Position numbers and translations under genes: made by a program
Sequence record: DRR378314_409
Reading direction: 5' to 3' (one strand)
Length of the DNA stretch: 64,000 nt
Part shown: positions 20,735-30,637 of the stretch, in pieces
Layout of the letters: each line of letters begins with the position of its first letter
How positions within the stretch are numbered: position 1 is the first letter of the stretch
The notes under the pieces: generated by a model
Told to the model about the DNA's origin: nothing
The model's input: the letters and a program-made list of their open reading frames with translations, nothing else
Database searches by the model: none

Positions 20735-22351
20735 CTACCACTCCCCAATGCCGGGGGAGATGTTTCGCTGGGTGGACGGGGTTCGCGCGCTTTGTTTGGG
20801 CGGTGGGGCCGCCCGGTGGGCGCAGTTTTTCCGATCGCAGAGCCGACAGGTGATGCCAGCGGGCATCACGGTTTTGGGCGTTTCCAGATCCATGCCATCT
20901 GCATAAATCAGCCGGTTTGCATGAGAAATTTCACACCCAATACTGATGGCATAATGGCGCTTTGGGTATTTGAAGCCGAGGCTGGGCTTGCTGACGGTGC
21001 GGGCGATGGAGAAGTATTGATCGCCATCCGGCATTTCGGAAATCTGGGTGCACAGTGTGCCGGGCGTCAGTAGAGAGGCGTGGACGACCCACCGGGGGCA
21101 GGCGCTGCCATATCGCGGAATGCGTAGGCCCGATGCGCTAAACCGTTTGGAGATATTCCCGGCGATATCCGTGCGGATGAGATGAAAGGGGATGCCGCTT
21201 TTTTCCGGCTTTTGCAAGGTCGTCAGGCGGTGGCAGATTTGCTCGTAACTGGCGCCAAACTGCTGTTGCAGAAGCTCGATATCATAGCGCTGTTCCTCGG
21301 CCGCAGAATACAGCATGTCATAGGGAAGGACGCAGGCGCCGGCGAAATAGTTAGCCAGTGCTGCCATTCCTTTTTCATGCGCCATGTCCGGTAGCAGTTC
21401 TGATTTCTCGACAAGATCGCTTAGCAAGTCATGGAACTGTAATTGGCCGATCAGAAGTGCCAGGTGAAATTTGACACTGCTGGGGGGCAGGGAGCGGGAT
21501 AAGATCAGGTGCTGCCGTTCTTCATCAAAGAGAGAGATTTCTGTGTCATGGCGATCTTTTTCTGCAAATTCCACTGTTACATTTAGCTGCTTGAGAAGGT
21601 AATCGCTCAAAGCTTGAATGTTGGGTGCAAACGGGATGTCGAGACGGGCAATCAGATCGGTTGCAGCAGTTTCGATTTCCTCAAAGTAATTGTTGTTATG
21701 CTGAATAAAGTCGGTAACCGCATCATCGGGGGAGACGCTGATGGTCGATCCGGCTTCTTTGTCCATGCCCACAAAGCCGAGCATTTCATTGATGGTTTCT
21801 GTCAGGGTCGTGCTGTCATTTACAACAATCTGCAAAAATTCCTGTCGTTGCTGGGGATCCATATCGGCATTGTCGCGCATGATTTCTGTCAGCGACATGA
21901 TGGACGTAACAAGCGTGCGAAGGCGAAAAGAACTGTCAGCAAGGATGCTGTCCTGGGACAGGCGTTCGCGGAGATATTGCAGGTCTGTGGTTGCGGTTTT
22001 GTATCCCTGATACAGTTTGGAAATGGCGTGGGCAATATCCTGATGATCCCCAATAAAACGGGAAAGGGACGTTTCCGAGGGGAGGCTGGAATCCAGCAGT
22101 GGATCCTGTAGTACTTCGCGGATGTCAGCAAGAAGCTGCCCATCCTGTTCTTTTGCAAAGATCAGCGGATCAACTTTCAGTATCTGGCTGACCTTCAGCA
22201 ACAGAGGGACTGTCAGGTCCCGCCGGTCATGTTCGATCAGATTAAGGTAGCTCGCTGAAATTCCAAGCTCCGCCGCCAGGTCAACCTGCGAGAAACGTTT
22301 GTCGATGCGGAGCCGCCGAAGTTTGTTTCCGAGAAACGTCTGCTTTGCCAA
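20735..22351 (-). CDS. Short-chain fatty acyl-CoA regulator (ScfR/RamB/PrpR family, XRE HTH) with inserted pseudo-DHp segment
   Basis: XRE HTH LGISASYLNLIEHDRR; LANYFAGA, SYEQICHRL.TLQ, R.D.AGNISKRFS, ACPRW; C-terminal CRLCDRKNCAHR; TTG start. Confidence 0.92.
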   Translation of the reverse strand: MAKQTFLGNKLRRLRIDKRFSQVDLAAELGISASYLNLIEHDRRDLTVPLLLKVSQILKVDPLIFAKEQDGQLLADIREVLQDPLLDSSLPSETSLSRFIGDHQDIAHAISKLYQGYKTATTDLQYLRERLSQDSILADSSFRLRTLVTSIMSLTEIMRDNADMDPQQRQEFLQIVVNDSTTLTETINEMLGFVGMDKEAGSTISVSPDDAVTDFIQHNNNYFEEIETAATDLIARLDIPFAPNIQALSDYLLKQLNVTVEFAEKDRHDTEISLFDEERQHLILSRSLPPSSVKFHLALLIGQLQFHDLLSDLVEKSELLPDMAHEKGMAALANYFAGACVLPYDMLYSAAEEQRYDIELLQQQFGASYEQICHRLTTLQKPEKSGIPFHLIRTDIAGNISKRFSASGLRIPRYGSACPRWVVHASLLTPGTLCTQISEMPDGDQYFSIARTVSKPSLGFKYPKRHYAISIGCEISHANRLIYADGMDLETPKTVMPAGITCRLCDRKNCAHRAAPPPKQSARTPSTQRNISPGIGEW

Positions 22352-22352
22352 C

Positions 22353-22378
22353 TTTACAAACCTTTACAAATTTACAAA
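22353..22378. promoter_or_regulatory. Triple TTTACAAA repeat, candidate ScfR operator
   Basis: TTTACAAA at 22353, 22363 and 22371, next to the regulator start codon; one base from the TTTGCAAA repeat known for ScfR-family PccR/PrpR. Confidence 0.7.
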
Positions 22379-22542
22379 AATTTATTTTCAATATTAACAT
22401 TAAAAAATGATTAAAATCAATGTTTTATTGGATTTGCTTATTAAAGTGTGAAATTTTTACAATTCCAAAGCGATTATGAACATGCTGTTCCTCCTGTGTG
22501 TGGTGGAGGCAAGCAATCGCAGGACTTAAAGGGAGGAACAAG

Positions 22543-23889
22543 ATGACAGATAAGCGTAAATTTGATTTCTCAAGACGTGGCCTTTTAAAGGCGGGTGCCG
22601 GTGCAGGTCTCGTGGCTGCGGCCCCAACCTTCATCATGAAGAATGCATGGGCGAATGAGTTTAGAAATAATCCAGGCAATGCCAGCTCTATCAAGCTGGG
22701 CTTTAACGTGCCGCAAACCGGCCCTTATTCAGAAGAGGGTAAAGATGAGCTGCGTGCCTTTAAGCTGGCGGTTAAGCATCTGAACGGTGAAGGCGATGGC
22801 GGTATGCTCAACACGTTCAAGCCTTCCAGCCTGAAAGGCAATGGTGTTCTTGGCAAGAAAGTGGAATATGCAACGGGTGATACCCAGACCAAATCTGATG
22901 CCGCGCGTGCATCTGCCAAGCGCCTGATCGAAAAAGAACAGGTTCTGATGGTCTCTGGTGGGTCCTCTTCCGGTGTGGCGATTGCGGTGCAGTCCCTTTG
23001 CCAGGAAGAAGGCGTTGTCTTCATGGCCGGCCTGACCCATTCCAATGATACAACAGGTAAAGACAAGCGCCGGTATGGTTTCCGTCACTTCTTTAATGCC
23101 TATATGTCCGGTCGGGCGCTGGGTCCAGTGCTGGAGAAGGAATATGGCAAAGAGCGCCGCGCCTACCATTTGACAGCCGATTATACATGGGGCTGGACAC
23201 AGGAAGAATCCATTAAAGCGACAACGGAAGAGCTGGGTTGGCAAACCACAGCAACTGTCAAAACGCCAGTTGGTGCCGGTGACTTCTCTCAGTATATCAC
23301 CCCGGTTCTGAACTCTGGTGCTGATGTGTTGATCCTGAACCATTATGGTAAGGATATGATCAACTCGCTGAGTCAGGCGGTTCAGTTCGGTCTGCGGGAA
23401 AAACAGGTCAACGGGAAAAATTTCGAAATTGTTGTGCCGCTATTCTCTCGTTTGATGGCCCAGGGTGCTGGTGAAGCCATTAAGGGTATTCTTGGAACTA
23501 CCAACTGGAACTGGTCGCTGCAGGATGATGGCTCTCAGGCTTTCGTAAAATCCTTCGGTGCAGAATATGGCGCGCCGCCATCCATGGCCGCCCATACCTG
23601 CTACGTGCAGACACTGCTTTATGCAAATGCCTGTGAAATGGCCGGAACCTTCTATCCACCGGAAGTCATCAAGGCGCTGGAAGGCTTCAGCTTCGATGGA
23701 ATGGGCAATGGTCCAACCGAATATCGGGCTGAGGATCACCAGTGCTTTAAAGATGTGCTTGTGGTGCGCGGTAACGAAAACCCAACCAGCCAGTTTGACT
23801 TGCTGAACGTGGAACAGATCGTTCCGCGCTCTCAGGTTGAGTATGACTGGAAGATCTTTGGAGGCGAATTAGGCCCTTATAAAGTCTAA
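22543..23889 (+). CDS. LIV-type ABC transporter substrate-binding protein with Tat signal
   Basis: SRRGLLK twin-arginine motif; P.TG.Y...G, GGSSSGVA, ADYTWG periplasmic-binding motifs; GGGAGG RBS. Confidence 0.9.
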   Translation: MTDKRKFDFSRRGLLKAGAGAGLVAAAPTFIMKNAWANEFRNNPGNASSIKLGFNVPQTGPYSEEGKDELRAFKLAVKHLNGEGDGGMLNTFKPSSLKGNGVLGKKVEYATGDTQTKSDAARASAKRLIEKEQVLMVSGGSSSGVAIAVQSLCQEEGVVFMAGLTHSNDTTGKDKRRYGFRHFFNAYMSGRALGPVLEKEYGKERRAYHLTADYTWGWTQEESIKATTEELGWQTTATVKTPVGAGDFSQYITPVLNSGADVLILNHYGKDMINSLSQAVQFGLREKQVNGKNFEIVVPLFSRLMAQGAGEAIKGILGTTNWNWSLQDDGSQAFVKSFGAEYGAPPSMAAHTCYVQTLLYANACEMAGTFYPPEVIKALEGFSFDGMGNGPTEYRAEDHQCFKDVLVVRGNENPTSQFDLLNVEQIVPRSQVEYDWKIFGGELGPYKV

Positions 23890-23900
23890 TTCAGCTTTTT

Positions 23901-23941
23901 GGCGGGTCGGCGATGCTGCGGAAGGTCGACCCGTCCTTTTT
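23901..23941 (+). terminator. Hairpin with U-tract after the substrate-binding protein gene
   Basis: GGCGGGTCGGC pairs with GTCGACCCGTC (2 G.U), then CTTTTT. Confidence 0.65.
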
Positions 23942-23995
23942 CCAGAGTTTCGAAAAGGCGTTTGATCAGGCCTTTTCATCAGTGGGATAGATGTA

Positions 23996-25012
23996 ATGGA
24001 TGCTGTATTTCTTCAAATACTGAACGGGTTGGACAAGGGGGCGGCTTATGCGCTGATTGCGCTGGGACTGACCCTCGTTTTTGGGACCCTTGGTATTGTG
24101 AATTTCGCCCATGGTGCCCTGTTTATGCTGGGCGCCTTCTGTGCGGTTTCCTTCAATAAATTGATGTTATTCTCAACCAAGGTTGAAGACACCAATGTAA
24201 CGCTGTTCAAGGCGTTTAAGGAAAAGCCTTATTTGGAAATCTGGTTCCCCGACTGGGGTCCTTTATTGATCCAGTATTCGGTGCCGCTATCTATACTACT
24301 GGCCATACCCGTGATGATCCTGGTGGGATATGTCATGGAAAGGGGCCTGATCAAGCATTTCTACAAACGGCCCCATGCCGAACAGATTCTGGTTACATTT
24401 GGTTTAGCGATCGTTCTACAGGAAATTATCAAGGTCGTCTTTGGGGCGAACCCGATCCCGCAAACAGCGCCTGATATCCTTTCCGGAAGTGCGCCGATCG
24501 GTAGCTGGATCGGGCTTGGCGAAGCTGTTGTCTACCCCTGGTGGCGACTGGTTTACCTGGTGTTCTCCGGCTTGATTATCTTTGGGGTTTTCTCCTTTTT
24601 GCAATTTACCACCTACGGGATGGTGGTGCGGGCCGGTATGCGCGATCGAGAAACGGTCGGGTTGCTGGGGATTAATATTCAAAAGCGCTTCACCATTGTC
24701 TTTGCCATGGCAACCGTTGTCGCCGGGCTTGCCGGGGTGATGTATACGCCGATTTTGCCACCCGATTATCATATGGGTATGGATTTCCTCGTTCTGTCCT
24801 TCGTTGTTGTGGTTGTAGGGGGCATGGGCTCCCTCGGCGGTGCGGTGATGGCAGGTTTCCTTCTGGGGATTGTGCAGTCATTCGCGTCCATGACCGAGGT
24901 CAAATCGATCCTGCCAGGTATTGACCAGATTATTATTTACCTGGTCGCTGTTATTATTTTGTTGGTGCTGCCCCGGGGTCTGTTGGGCCGTACCGGTGTG
25001 ATGGATGATTAA
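23996..25012 (+). CDS. LivH-like ABC permease
   Basis: [26 protein letters not shown]. Confidence 0.92.
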   Translation: MDAVFLQILNGLDKGAAYALIALGLTLVFGTLGIVNFAHGALFMLGAFCAVSFNKLMLFSTKVEDTNVTLFKAFKEKPYLEIWFPDWGPLLIQYSVPLSILLAIPVMILVGYVMERGLIKHFYKRPHAEQILVTFGLAIVLQEIIKVVFGANPIPQTAPDILSGSAPIGSWIGLGEAVVYPWWRLVYLVFSGLIIFGVFSFLQFTTYGMVVRAGMRDRETVGLLGINIQKRFTIVFAMATVVAGLAGVMYTPILPPDYHMGMDFLVLSFVVVVVGGMGSLGGAVMAGFLLGIVQSFASMTEVKSILPGIDQIIIYLVAVIILLVLPRGLLGRTGVMDD

Positions 25013-26162
25013 CATGAAATTTGCTTCCATGAACGATATCACCCGGTTCGTCCTCTTTGCGGTAATTATTCTGGCAATGCCGCTGTGGCTGGAACCGCTG
25101 GGTGGCAATTATCCGGATCTTCTACAGAAATTTGCGATCTACGGCATTTTTGCAATTGGCTTTAACATCCTCTTTGGGTTGACGGGGTATCTCTCCTTTG
25201 GCCATGCAGCATTTCTGGGGGTTGGATCCTACGCTGCAGTCTGGTCATTTAAATTATTCACGATGAATGCCGTTCCGGCGGTCATTTTTGGAATGCTCTT
25301 TGCCGGTCTTCTCGCCGCTGCAATCGGGTTTTTGAGCTTACGCCGATCAGGGATTTATTTCTCAATTCTGACGCTGGCCTTTGCTCAGATGTCTTATAAT
25401 CTTGCCTATTCAGTTTTAACGCCGATCACCAATGGCGAGACAGGCCTGCAACTCTCGCAGCAGGATCCACGCATTATCGATAGCCTGTTTATTGAGGCTG
25501 GATCAGGGTTGCCGTCGACCAATCTGTTTGGCTTGAAGATGAGCGGTTATCCGGGCTTTTACTTTTGCGCCGTGCTGTTGATCATCTGTTTCTATATTTC
25601 ACTTCGGATTTTCCGGTCTCCATTCGGCTTGATGCTCAGGGGTATCAAATCAAATCAGAACCGAATGCGTTATACCGGTCTGAATACCCGTCCTTATATG
25701 CTGACTGCCTTTATCATTTCAGGCATGTATGCCGGATTGGCAGGCTCCCTTCTGGCGGTGACAGATCCGCTTGCCGGCGCGGAGCGCATGCAGTGGACAG
25801 CATCCGGTGAGGTGGTCTTGATGACCATTCTGGGAGGCGTTGGCACGTTGGTTGGCCCCATGCTGGGTGCCGGTCTGATCAAGTATTTTGAAAATATCTT
25901 CTCTGCCTTTAACAACAATGTGCTGATGGAGATGTTCTCGTTCCTGCCAGATCCAGTAGCGGAAGTACTGGTTCCCGTCGTCGGGCTTTTTGTTGGCGGT
26001 GGCTGGCATCTGACCCTTGGGCTGTTATTCATGATTATCGTGATCTTTCTGCCCGGCGGAATTGTTGAAGGCCTTTCAAAATTGACGAACTGGGTCAGTG
26101 GTGCCCGCAAGAAAAACGGTATGGGCGGGACGACCTCCCCCCAAGATCAACCGGGTGAATAG
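25005..26162 (+). CDS. LivM-like ABC permease
   Basis: [37 protein letters not shown]. Confidence 0.92.
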   Translation: MINMKFASMNDITRFVLFAVIILAMPLWLEPLGGNYPDLLQKFAIYGIFAIGFNILFGLTGYLSFGHAAFLGVGSYAAVWSFKLFTMNAVPAVIFGMLFAGLLAAAIGFLSLRRSGIYFSILTLAFAQMSYNLAYSVLTPITNGETGLQLSQQDPRIIDSLFIEAGSGLPSTNLFGLKMSGYPGFYFCAVLLIICFYISLRIFRSPFGLMLRGIKSNQNRMRYTGLNTRPYMLTAFIISGMYAGLAGSLLAVTDPLAGAERMQWTASGEVVLMTILGGVGTLVGPMLGAGLIKYFENIFSAFNNNVLMEMFSFLPDPVAEVLVPVVGLFVGGGWHLTLGLLFMIIVIFLPGGIVEGLSKLTNWVSGARKKNGMGGTTSPQDQPGE

Positions 26163-26174
26163 GGAGTAAAGCGT

Positions 26175-26933
26175 ATGAATGATCTGGTGCTTCACCTGGA
26201 TAATATCCAAAAAAGTTTTGGCGGCCTGAGTGCACTGTCTGATGTTAATCTGCAAGTGGAAGAGGGTACAACACATGCCATCATCGGCCCGAACGGCGCT
26301 GGCAAATCCACGCTTTTGAATGTCTGTATCGGGCGTTTGAAACCGGACTCTGGTCATGTCACCTTTCAGGGGCAGGAACTGATCGGGCGGGAGCCTCATG
26401 AGATTGCCCAAATGGGGGTTGCCCGGGTGTTCCAGACACCAGAAATTTTCCCGGAAATGTCATTGCTTGAAAATGTCATGCTGCCCGCTTTTTCCAAGCG
26501 GGATGGGGCGTTCAAGATGAACGGCTACAGCCAGCTAGCCGGACAGAAAGATATTCGGGGCGAGGCCGAACATACCCTTGAGGATGTCGGCCTGCAGGAG
26601 CAAATGATGCAGGAAGCCGGAAGTCTGTCGCGCGGAGATAAGCGACGCCTGGAACTGGCGATGTGTCTGATCCTGCGGCCACGGTTGCTCCTCTTGGATG
26701 AGCCGACCGCCGGAATGTCCCGGCATGATACGAACCAGACAATTGACCTGCTTAAAAAGATCAAGAGCCGCGGGATGACGAAGGTCATTATCGAGCATGA
26801 CATGCATGTGGTTTTCAGTCTTGCGGATAAGGTGAGCGTGTTGGCCCGTGGGCAAATCATTGCCGGCGGCAAACCAGAAGATGTTCGCGAAGATCCGAAA
26901 GTCAAAGAAGCCTATCTGGGAGGAGCTCACTGA
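26175..26933 (+). CDS. LivG-like ABC ATP-binding protein
   Basis: IIGPNGAGKS, LLLDEPTAG, IIEHDM. Confidence 0.93.
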   Translation: MNDLVLHLDNIQKSFGGLSALSDVNLQVEEGTTHAIIGPNGAGKSTLLNVCIGRLKPDSGHVTFQGQELIGREPHEIAQMGVARVFQTPEIFPEMSLLENVMLPAFSKRDGAFKMNGYSQLAGQKDIRGEAEHTLEDVGLQEQMMQEAGSLSRGDKRRLELAMCLILRPRLLLLDEPTAGMSRHDTNQTIDLLKKIKSRGMTKVIIEHDMHVVFSLADKVSVLARGQIIAGGKPEDVREDPKVKEAYLGGAH

Positions 26934-27649
26934 TGAGCGAAAACACAGCCTTTTTCAGTGTCCGCGATATCCACGCCTATTATGGCGAGTCCTATATTGT
27001 TCAGGGGGTTTCCCTTGATGTTGAGGAGGGGGAGATCGTTGCCTTGCTCGGGCGGAATGGGGCGGGAAAAACCTCGACCCTTCGCGCGTTGGCACGGGTA
27101 GATGATCCGCAATTGACCAAGGGCGAGATTTATTTGAACGGCCAAGCGGTTCATGAGATGAAAAGCTATCAGGCGGCCCAGGCCGGCATTCAACTGGTGC
27201 CAGAGGATCGCCGGATCATTGGCGGACTGACCGTTGAGGAAAACCTGATCCTGTCACAGGTCGCCGAGCCAAGAGGTTGGGAGATTGAAAAGATTTATGA
27301 TCATTTCCCCCGGTTGGGAGAGCGGCGTAATCAGGAGGCGACAACCATGTCTGGCGGAGAGCAGCAAATGCTCGCCGTTGCACGGGCGTTGGCCCGGGAT
27401 CTGAAAATCCTCTTTCTTGATGAGCCGTATGAGGGGCTTGCCCCGGTGATTGTGGAAGAGATTGAGCGGATCCTGATGGAAGTGCGCAAGTTGGGTATCA
27501 CAACAATTATTGTTGAGCAAAATGCCGTTGCTGCCCTTCAGCTTGCGGATAAAGCGCTTATTCTCGACATGGGGAAAATTGCTTTTCGCGGGACAGCGAA
27601 AGAAGTTCTGGATGATAAGGAATTGCGTCACGAATATTTGGCAATCTGA
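26933..27649 (+). CDS. LivF-like ABC ATP-binding protein
   Basis: LLGRNGAGKT, MSGGEQQML, LDEPYEGLAP, VEQN. Confidence 0.93.
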   Translation: MSENTAFFSVRDIHAYYGESYIVQGVSLDVEEGEIVALLGRNGAGKTSTLRALARVDDPQLTKGEIYLNGQAVHEMKSYQAAQAGIQLVPEDRRIIGGLTVEENLILSQVAEPRGWEIEKIYDHFPRLGERRNQEATTMSGGEQQMLAVARALARDLKILFLDEPYEGLAPVIVEEIERILMEVRKLGITTIIVEQNAVAALQLADKALILDMGKIAFRGTAKEVLDDKELRHEYLAI

Positions 27650-27808
27650 CAATTTATCAATGAATTCAAAGGTGACGATAATTCTATTATTCGTCCAGAG
27701 TGTTTGACAAACCATGTCGAATTGATACGAATAGACGCAGAATAGGTCAAAAATGCGAGAATCGGGAACAACCTGAACACGCGTTAAAGGGAATCAGGGA
27801 AACAGGAA

Positions 27809-29749
27809 ATGTCCACGAACGAACTATATCCAGTGTCTGACGAAGTTGCCAAATCCGCCTGGGTTGACAACGCCAAATACGAAGAAATGTACAAGGCTTC
27901 CATCGATGATCCGGAAGCTTTCTGGGCCGAGCATGGAAAACGCATTGACTGGATAAAGCCTTACACCAAGGTGAAGGATGTTTCCTTTGATGCGAATGAT
28001 CTGCATATCCGATGGTTCCATGATGGATCGTTGAATGTCAGTGCCAATTGCATCGACCGTCATTTGGAAACCAAGGGCGATCAGGCCGCCATTATCTGGG
28101 AGGGGGATGAGCCCACGGATGATAAAACCCTGACCTATCGGGAGTTGCATCGGGAGGTTTGTAAACTTTCCAACGCCATGAAATCAAACGGCGTTAAAAA
28201 GGGTGATCGCGTTACCATTTACATGCCGATGATTGTCGAAGCGGCGATTGCCATGTTGGCCTGCACCCGTATCGGAGCCGTTCATTCCGTTGTGTTCGGC
28301 GGTTTTTCCCCGGATGCACTTGCCGGACGGATCAATGATTGCGAGTCAACTTGTGTCATCACTGCTGATGAAGGTGTGCGGGGTGGGCGAATTATCCCGC
28401 TTAAAGTCAATACCGACGAGGCGCTGGAACATTGCCCTGATTGTAAAACCTGTATCGTGGTTAAACATACCGGCAACGACATCAACTGGGTTGAAGGGCG
28501 CGATCTTTGGTATCATGAGATTGTCGGTGATGCGTCTGAAGATTGCCCGCCAGAAGAAATGAATGCGGAAGATCCGCTGTTTATTCTGTATACGTCCGGC
28601 TCAACCGGTCAGCCCAAAGGTGTGATGCATACAACTGGCGGCTACTTGGTCTATACGTCCATGACCCATCAGTATGTGTTTGATTATAAAGATGGTGATA
28701 TTTACTGGTGCACGGCTGATGTGGGCTGGGTTACCGGGCATAGCTATATTCTTTATGGTCCGCTTGCCAATGGCGCGACAACCTTGATGTTTGAAGGGGT
28801 TCCCAATTATCCAACAATGTCCCGGTTCTGGGATGTGTGTGACAAACATAAGGTCAATATATTCTATACCGCGCCGACGGCCATTCGGGCATTGATGCAG
28901 GCGGGGGATGAACCTGTTAAATCCACATCACGTAAATCCATTCGTCTGTTGGGATCCGTTGGAGAGCCGATCAACCCCGAAGCATGGAGATGGTATCACG
29001 AGGTAGTCGGTGACAAGAGATGTCCGATCGTTGATACCTGGTGGCAGACGGAAACCGGCGGGATCCTGATTACACCTTTGCCAGGGGCGACGGACCTGAA
29101 ACCGGGGTCGGCAACCCGGCCTTTCTTTGGAATTGAGCCGATTATGGTGGATAATGACGGTCAGGTTTTGACCGGTGAATGTGAAGGCGTACTTTGCATC
29201 AAGGATAGCTGGCCCGGTCAGATGCGGACCGTTTATGGTGATCATGAACGCTTTATCCAGACTTATTTCTCCAATTTCCCGGGCAAGTATTTCTCCGGTG
29301 ATGGGGCGCGGCGTGATGCGGATGGATATTACTGGATCACCGGTCGGGTTGATGATGTGATCAACGTTTCCGGTCATCGGATGGGCACTGCCGAAGTGGA
29401 AAGCGCCCTTGTCGCACATCCAAAAGTTTCAGAGGCTGCCGTTGTCGGATATCCGCATGATATCAAGGGACAGGGTATCTATGCCTATGTCACCTTGGGA
29501 TTAGGGGCGGAGCCGACTGATGAGCTGCGCAAAGAGCTGGTTGCATGGGTTCGCCATGAAATCGGCCCGATTGCATCCCCGGATTTGATCCAGTGGGCAC
29601 CGGGGCTTCCCAAAACCCGATCTGGAAAAATCATGCGGCGGATTTTGCGGAAAGTCGCTGAGAATGACTTTAAAACATTGGGCGATACATCAACATTGGC
29701 AGACCCGGCTGTGGTTGAGGAATTGATCGAAAACCGGATGAACCGCTAG
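27809..29749 (+). CDS. acs: Acetyl-CoA synthetase (AMP-forming)
   Basis: [39 protein letters not shown] (acetylation Lys). Confidence 0.97.
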   Translation: MSTNELYPVSDEVAKSAWVDNAKYEEMYKASIDDPEAFWAEHGKRIDWIKPYTKVKDVSFDANDLHIRWFHDGSLNVSANCIDRHLETKGDQAAIIWEGDEPTDDKTLTYRELHREVCKLSNAMKSNGVKKGDRVTIYMPMIVEAAIAMLACTRIGAVHSVVFGGFSPDALAGRINDCESTCVITADEGVRGGRIIPLKVNTDEALEHCPDCKTCIVVKHTGNDINWVEGRDLWYHEIVGDASEDCPPEEMNAEDPLFILYTSGSTGQPKGVMHTTGGYLVYTSMTHQYVFDYKDGDIYWCTADVGWVTGHSYILYGPLANGATTLMFEGVPNYPTMSRFWDVCDKHKVNIFYTAPTAIRALMQAGDEPVKSTSRKSIRLLGSVGEPINPEAWRWYHEVVGDKRCPIVDTWWQTETGGILITPLPGATDLKPGSATRPFFGIEPIMVDNDGQVLTGECEGVLCIKDSWPGQMRTVYGDHERFIQTYFSNFPGKYFSGDGARRDADGYYWITGRVDDVINVSGHRMGTAEVESALVAHPKVSEAAVVGYPHDIKGQGIYAYVTLGLGAEPTDELRKELVAWVRHEIGPIASPDLIQWAPGLPKTRSGKIMRRILRKVAENDFKTLGDTSTLADPAVVEELIENRMNR

Positions 29750-29822
29750 GGGCATTCGGGCCCGATACCGGGTATATATGTGTCCGGGTCTTATCAGACT
29801 TGGCTAAACCTTGGGTAATAAG

Positions 29823-29848
29823 CTACACTCACTGATGTGTGAGTGTAG
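29823..29848. other. Perfect 10-bp inverted repeat between acs and the receiver gene (terminator or operator)
   Basis: CTACACTCAC-TGATGT-GTGAGTGTAG. Confidence 0.6.
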
Positions 29849-29950
29849 TGGCTTTTGTGCTGACCGTAAATTTGTACAAAATCAATCTAATGACAAATTG
29901 AGGTCAGGGTTAAAGTCATGTCGCTGTGTCTTGGGAGGGAACGCGACAGA

Positions 29951-30328
29951 ATGTCAAATACTGTGTTGGTTGTGGAGGACGAGCCAAATATCGTCCTCTC
30001 TCTGCAATTTATCATGCGCCAGTCCGGATATACCGTTCGGGTTGCATCCGATGGAGAGCAGGCGTTGCGGGCGATCGAGGAATATGTTCCAGATCTGGTT
30101 CTGCTGGATATTATGCTGCCCAAACGGGATGGCTTTGCTGTTTGTAGCGAAATACGGAACAACCCGGCATGCAAGAATGTGAAGATTATCATGCTATCCG
30201 CAAAAAGCCGGGAGGCCGATCGAGAAAAGGCGCTGAAGCTGGGGGCAGACCGGTTTGTAACCAAACCTTTTTCAACTCGAGAGCTGTCGGATACCGCCAA
30301 GCAGCTTTTGAAGGTTGAGCTGTCTTAA
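29951..30328 (+). CDS. Single-domain response regulator (receiver only)
   Basis: VLVVEDE, DLVLLD (phospho-Asp), MLSA, KPF; 125 aa with no output domain. Confidence 0.93.
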   Translation: MSNTVLVVEDEPNIVLSLQFIMRQSGYTVRVASDGEQALRAIEEYVPDLVLLDIMLPKRDGFAVCSEIRNNPACKNVKIIMLSAKSREADREKALKLGADRFVTKPFSTRELSDTAKQLLKVELS

Positions 30329-30358
30329 CCGCAGCCACCGGATCTGGAGGGTACGGTT

Positions 30359-30637
30359 ATGCAAAGGACAGGACGAAAAAAAGAATGGGCCATTCTAGCG
30401 TTTTGTGTGTTTCTTCTTGGGATCCTGCCGCCACTCATTCAGGTATTTGATCGCTCAGACCTGATTTTTGGTTTTCCGCTTAGTTTTCTATATTTATTTG
30501 GCTTCTGGGCGTTGATGATCGTTTTTGTGGCGATCGGCGCCCGCAGGCGACATCCGAATGGCGATAAACCTTTGGCGATGCCAACGCCGTCAAATGATGC
30601 GCTGGACCAGCAGAAGGAGAAACTGGATGTCCAGTAG
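30359..30637 (+). CDS. Small two-TM membrane protein accompanying the SLC5 domain
   Basis: GGAGG RBS; two hydrophobic helices with FGFP..F.Y.F..W motif; overlaps the start of the kinase gene. Confidence 0.8.
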   Translation: MQRTGRKKEWAILAFCVFLLGILPPLIQVFDRSDLIFGFPLSFLYLFGFWALMIVFVAIGARRRHPNGDKPLAMPTPSNDALDQQKEKLDVQ

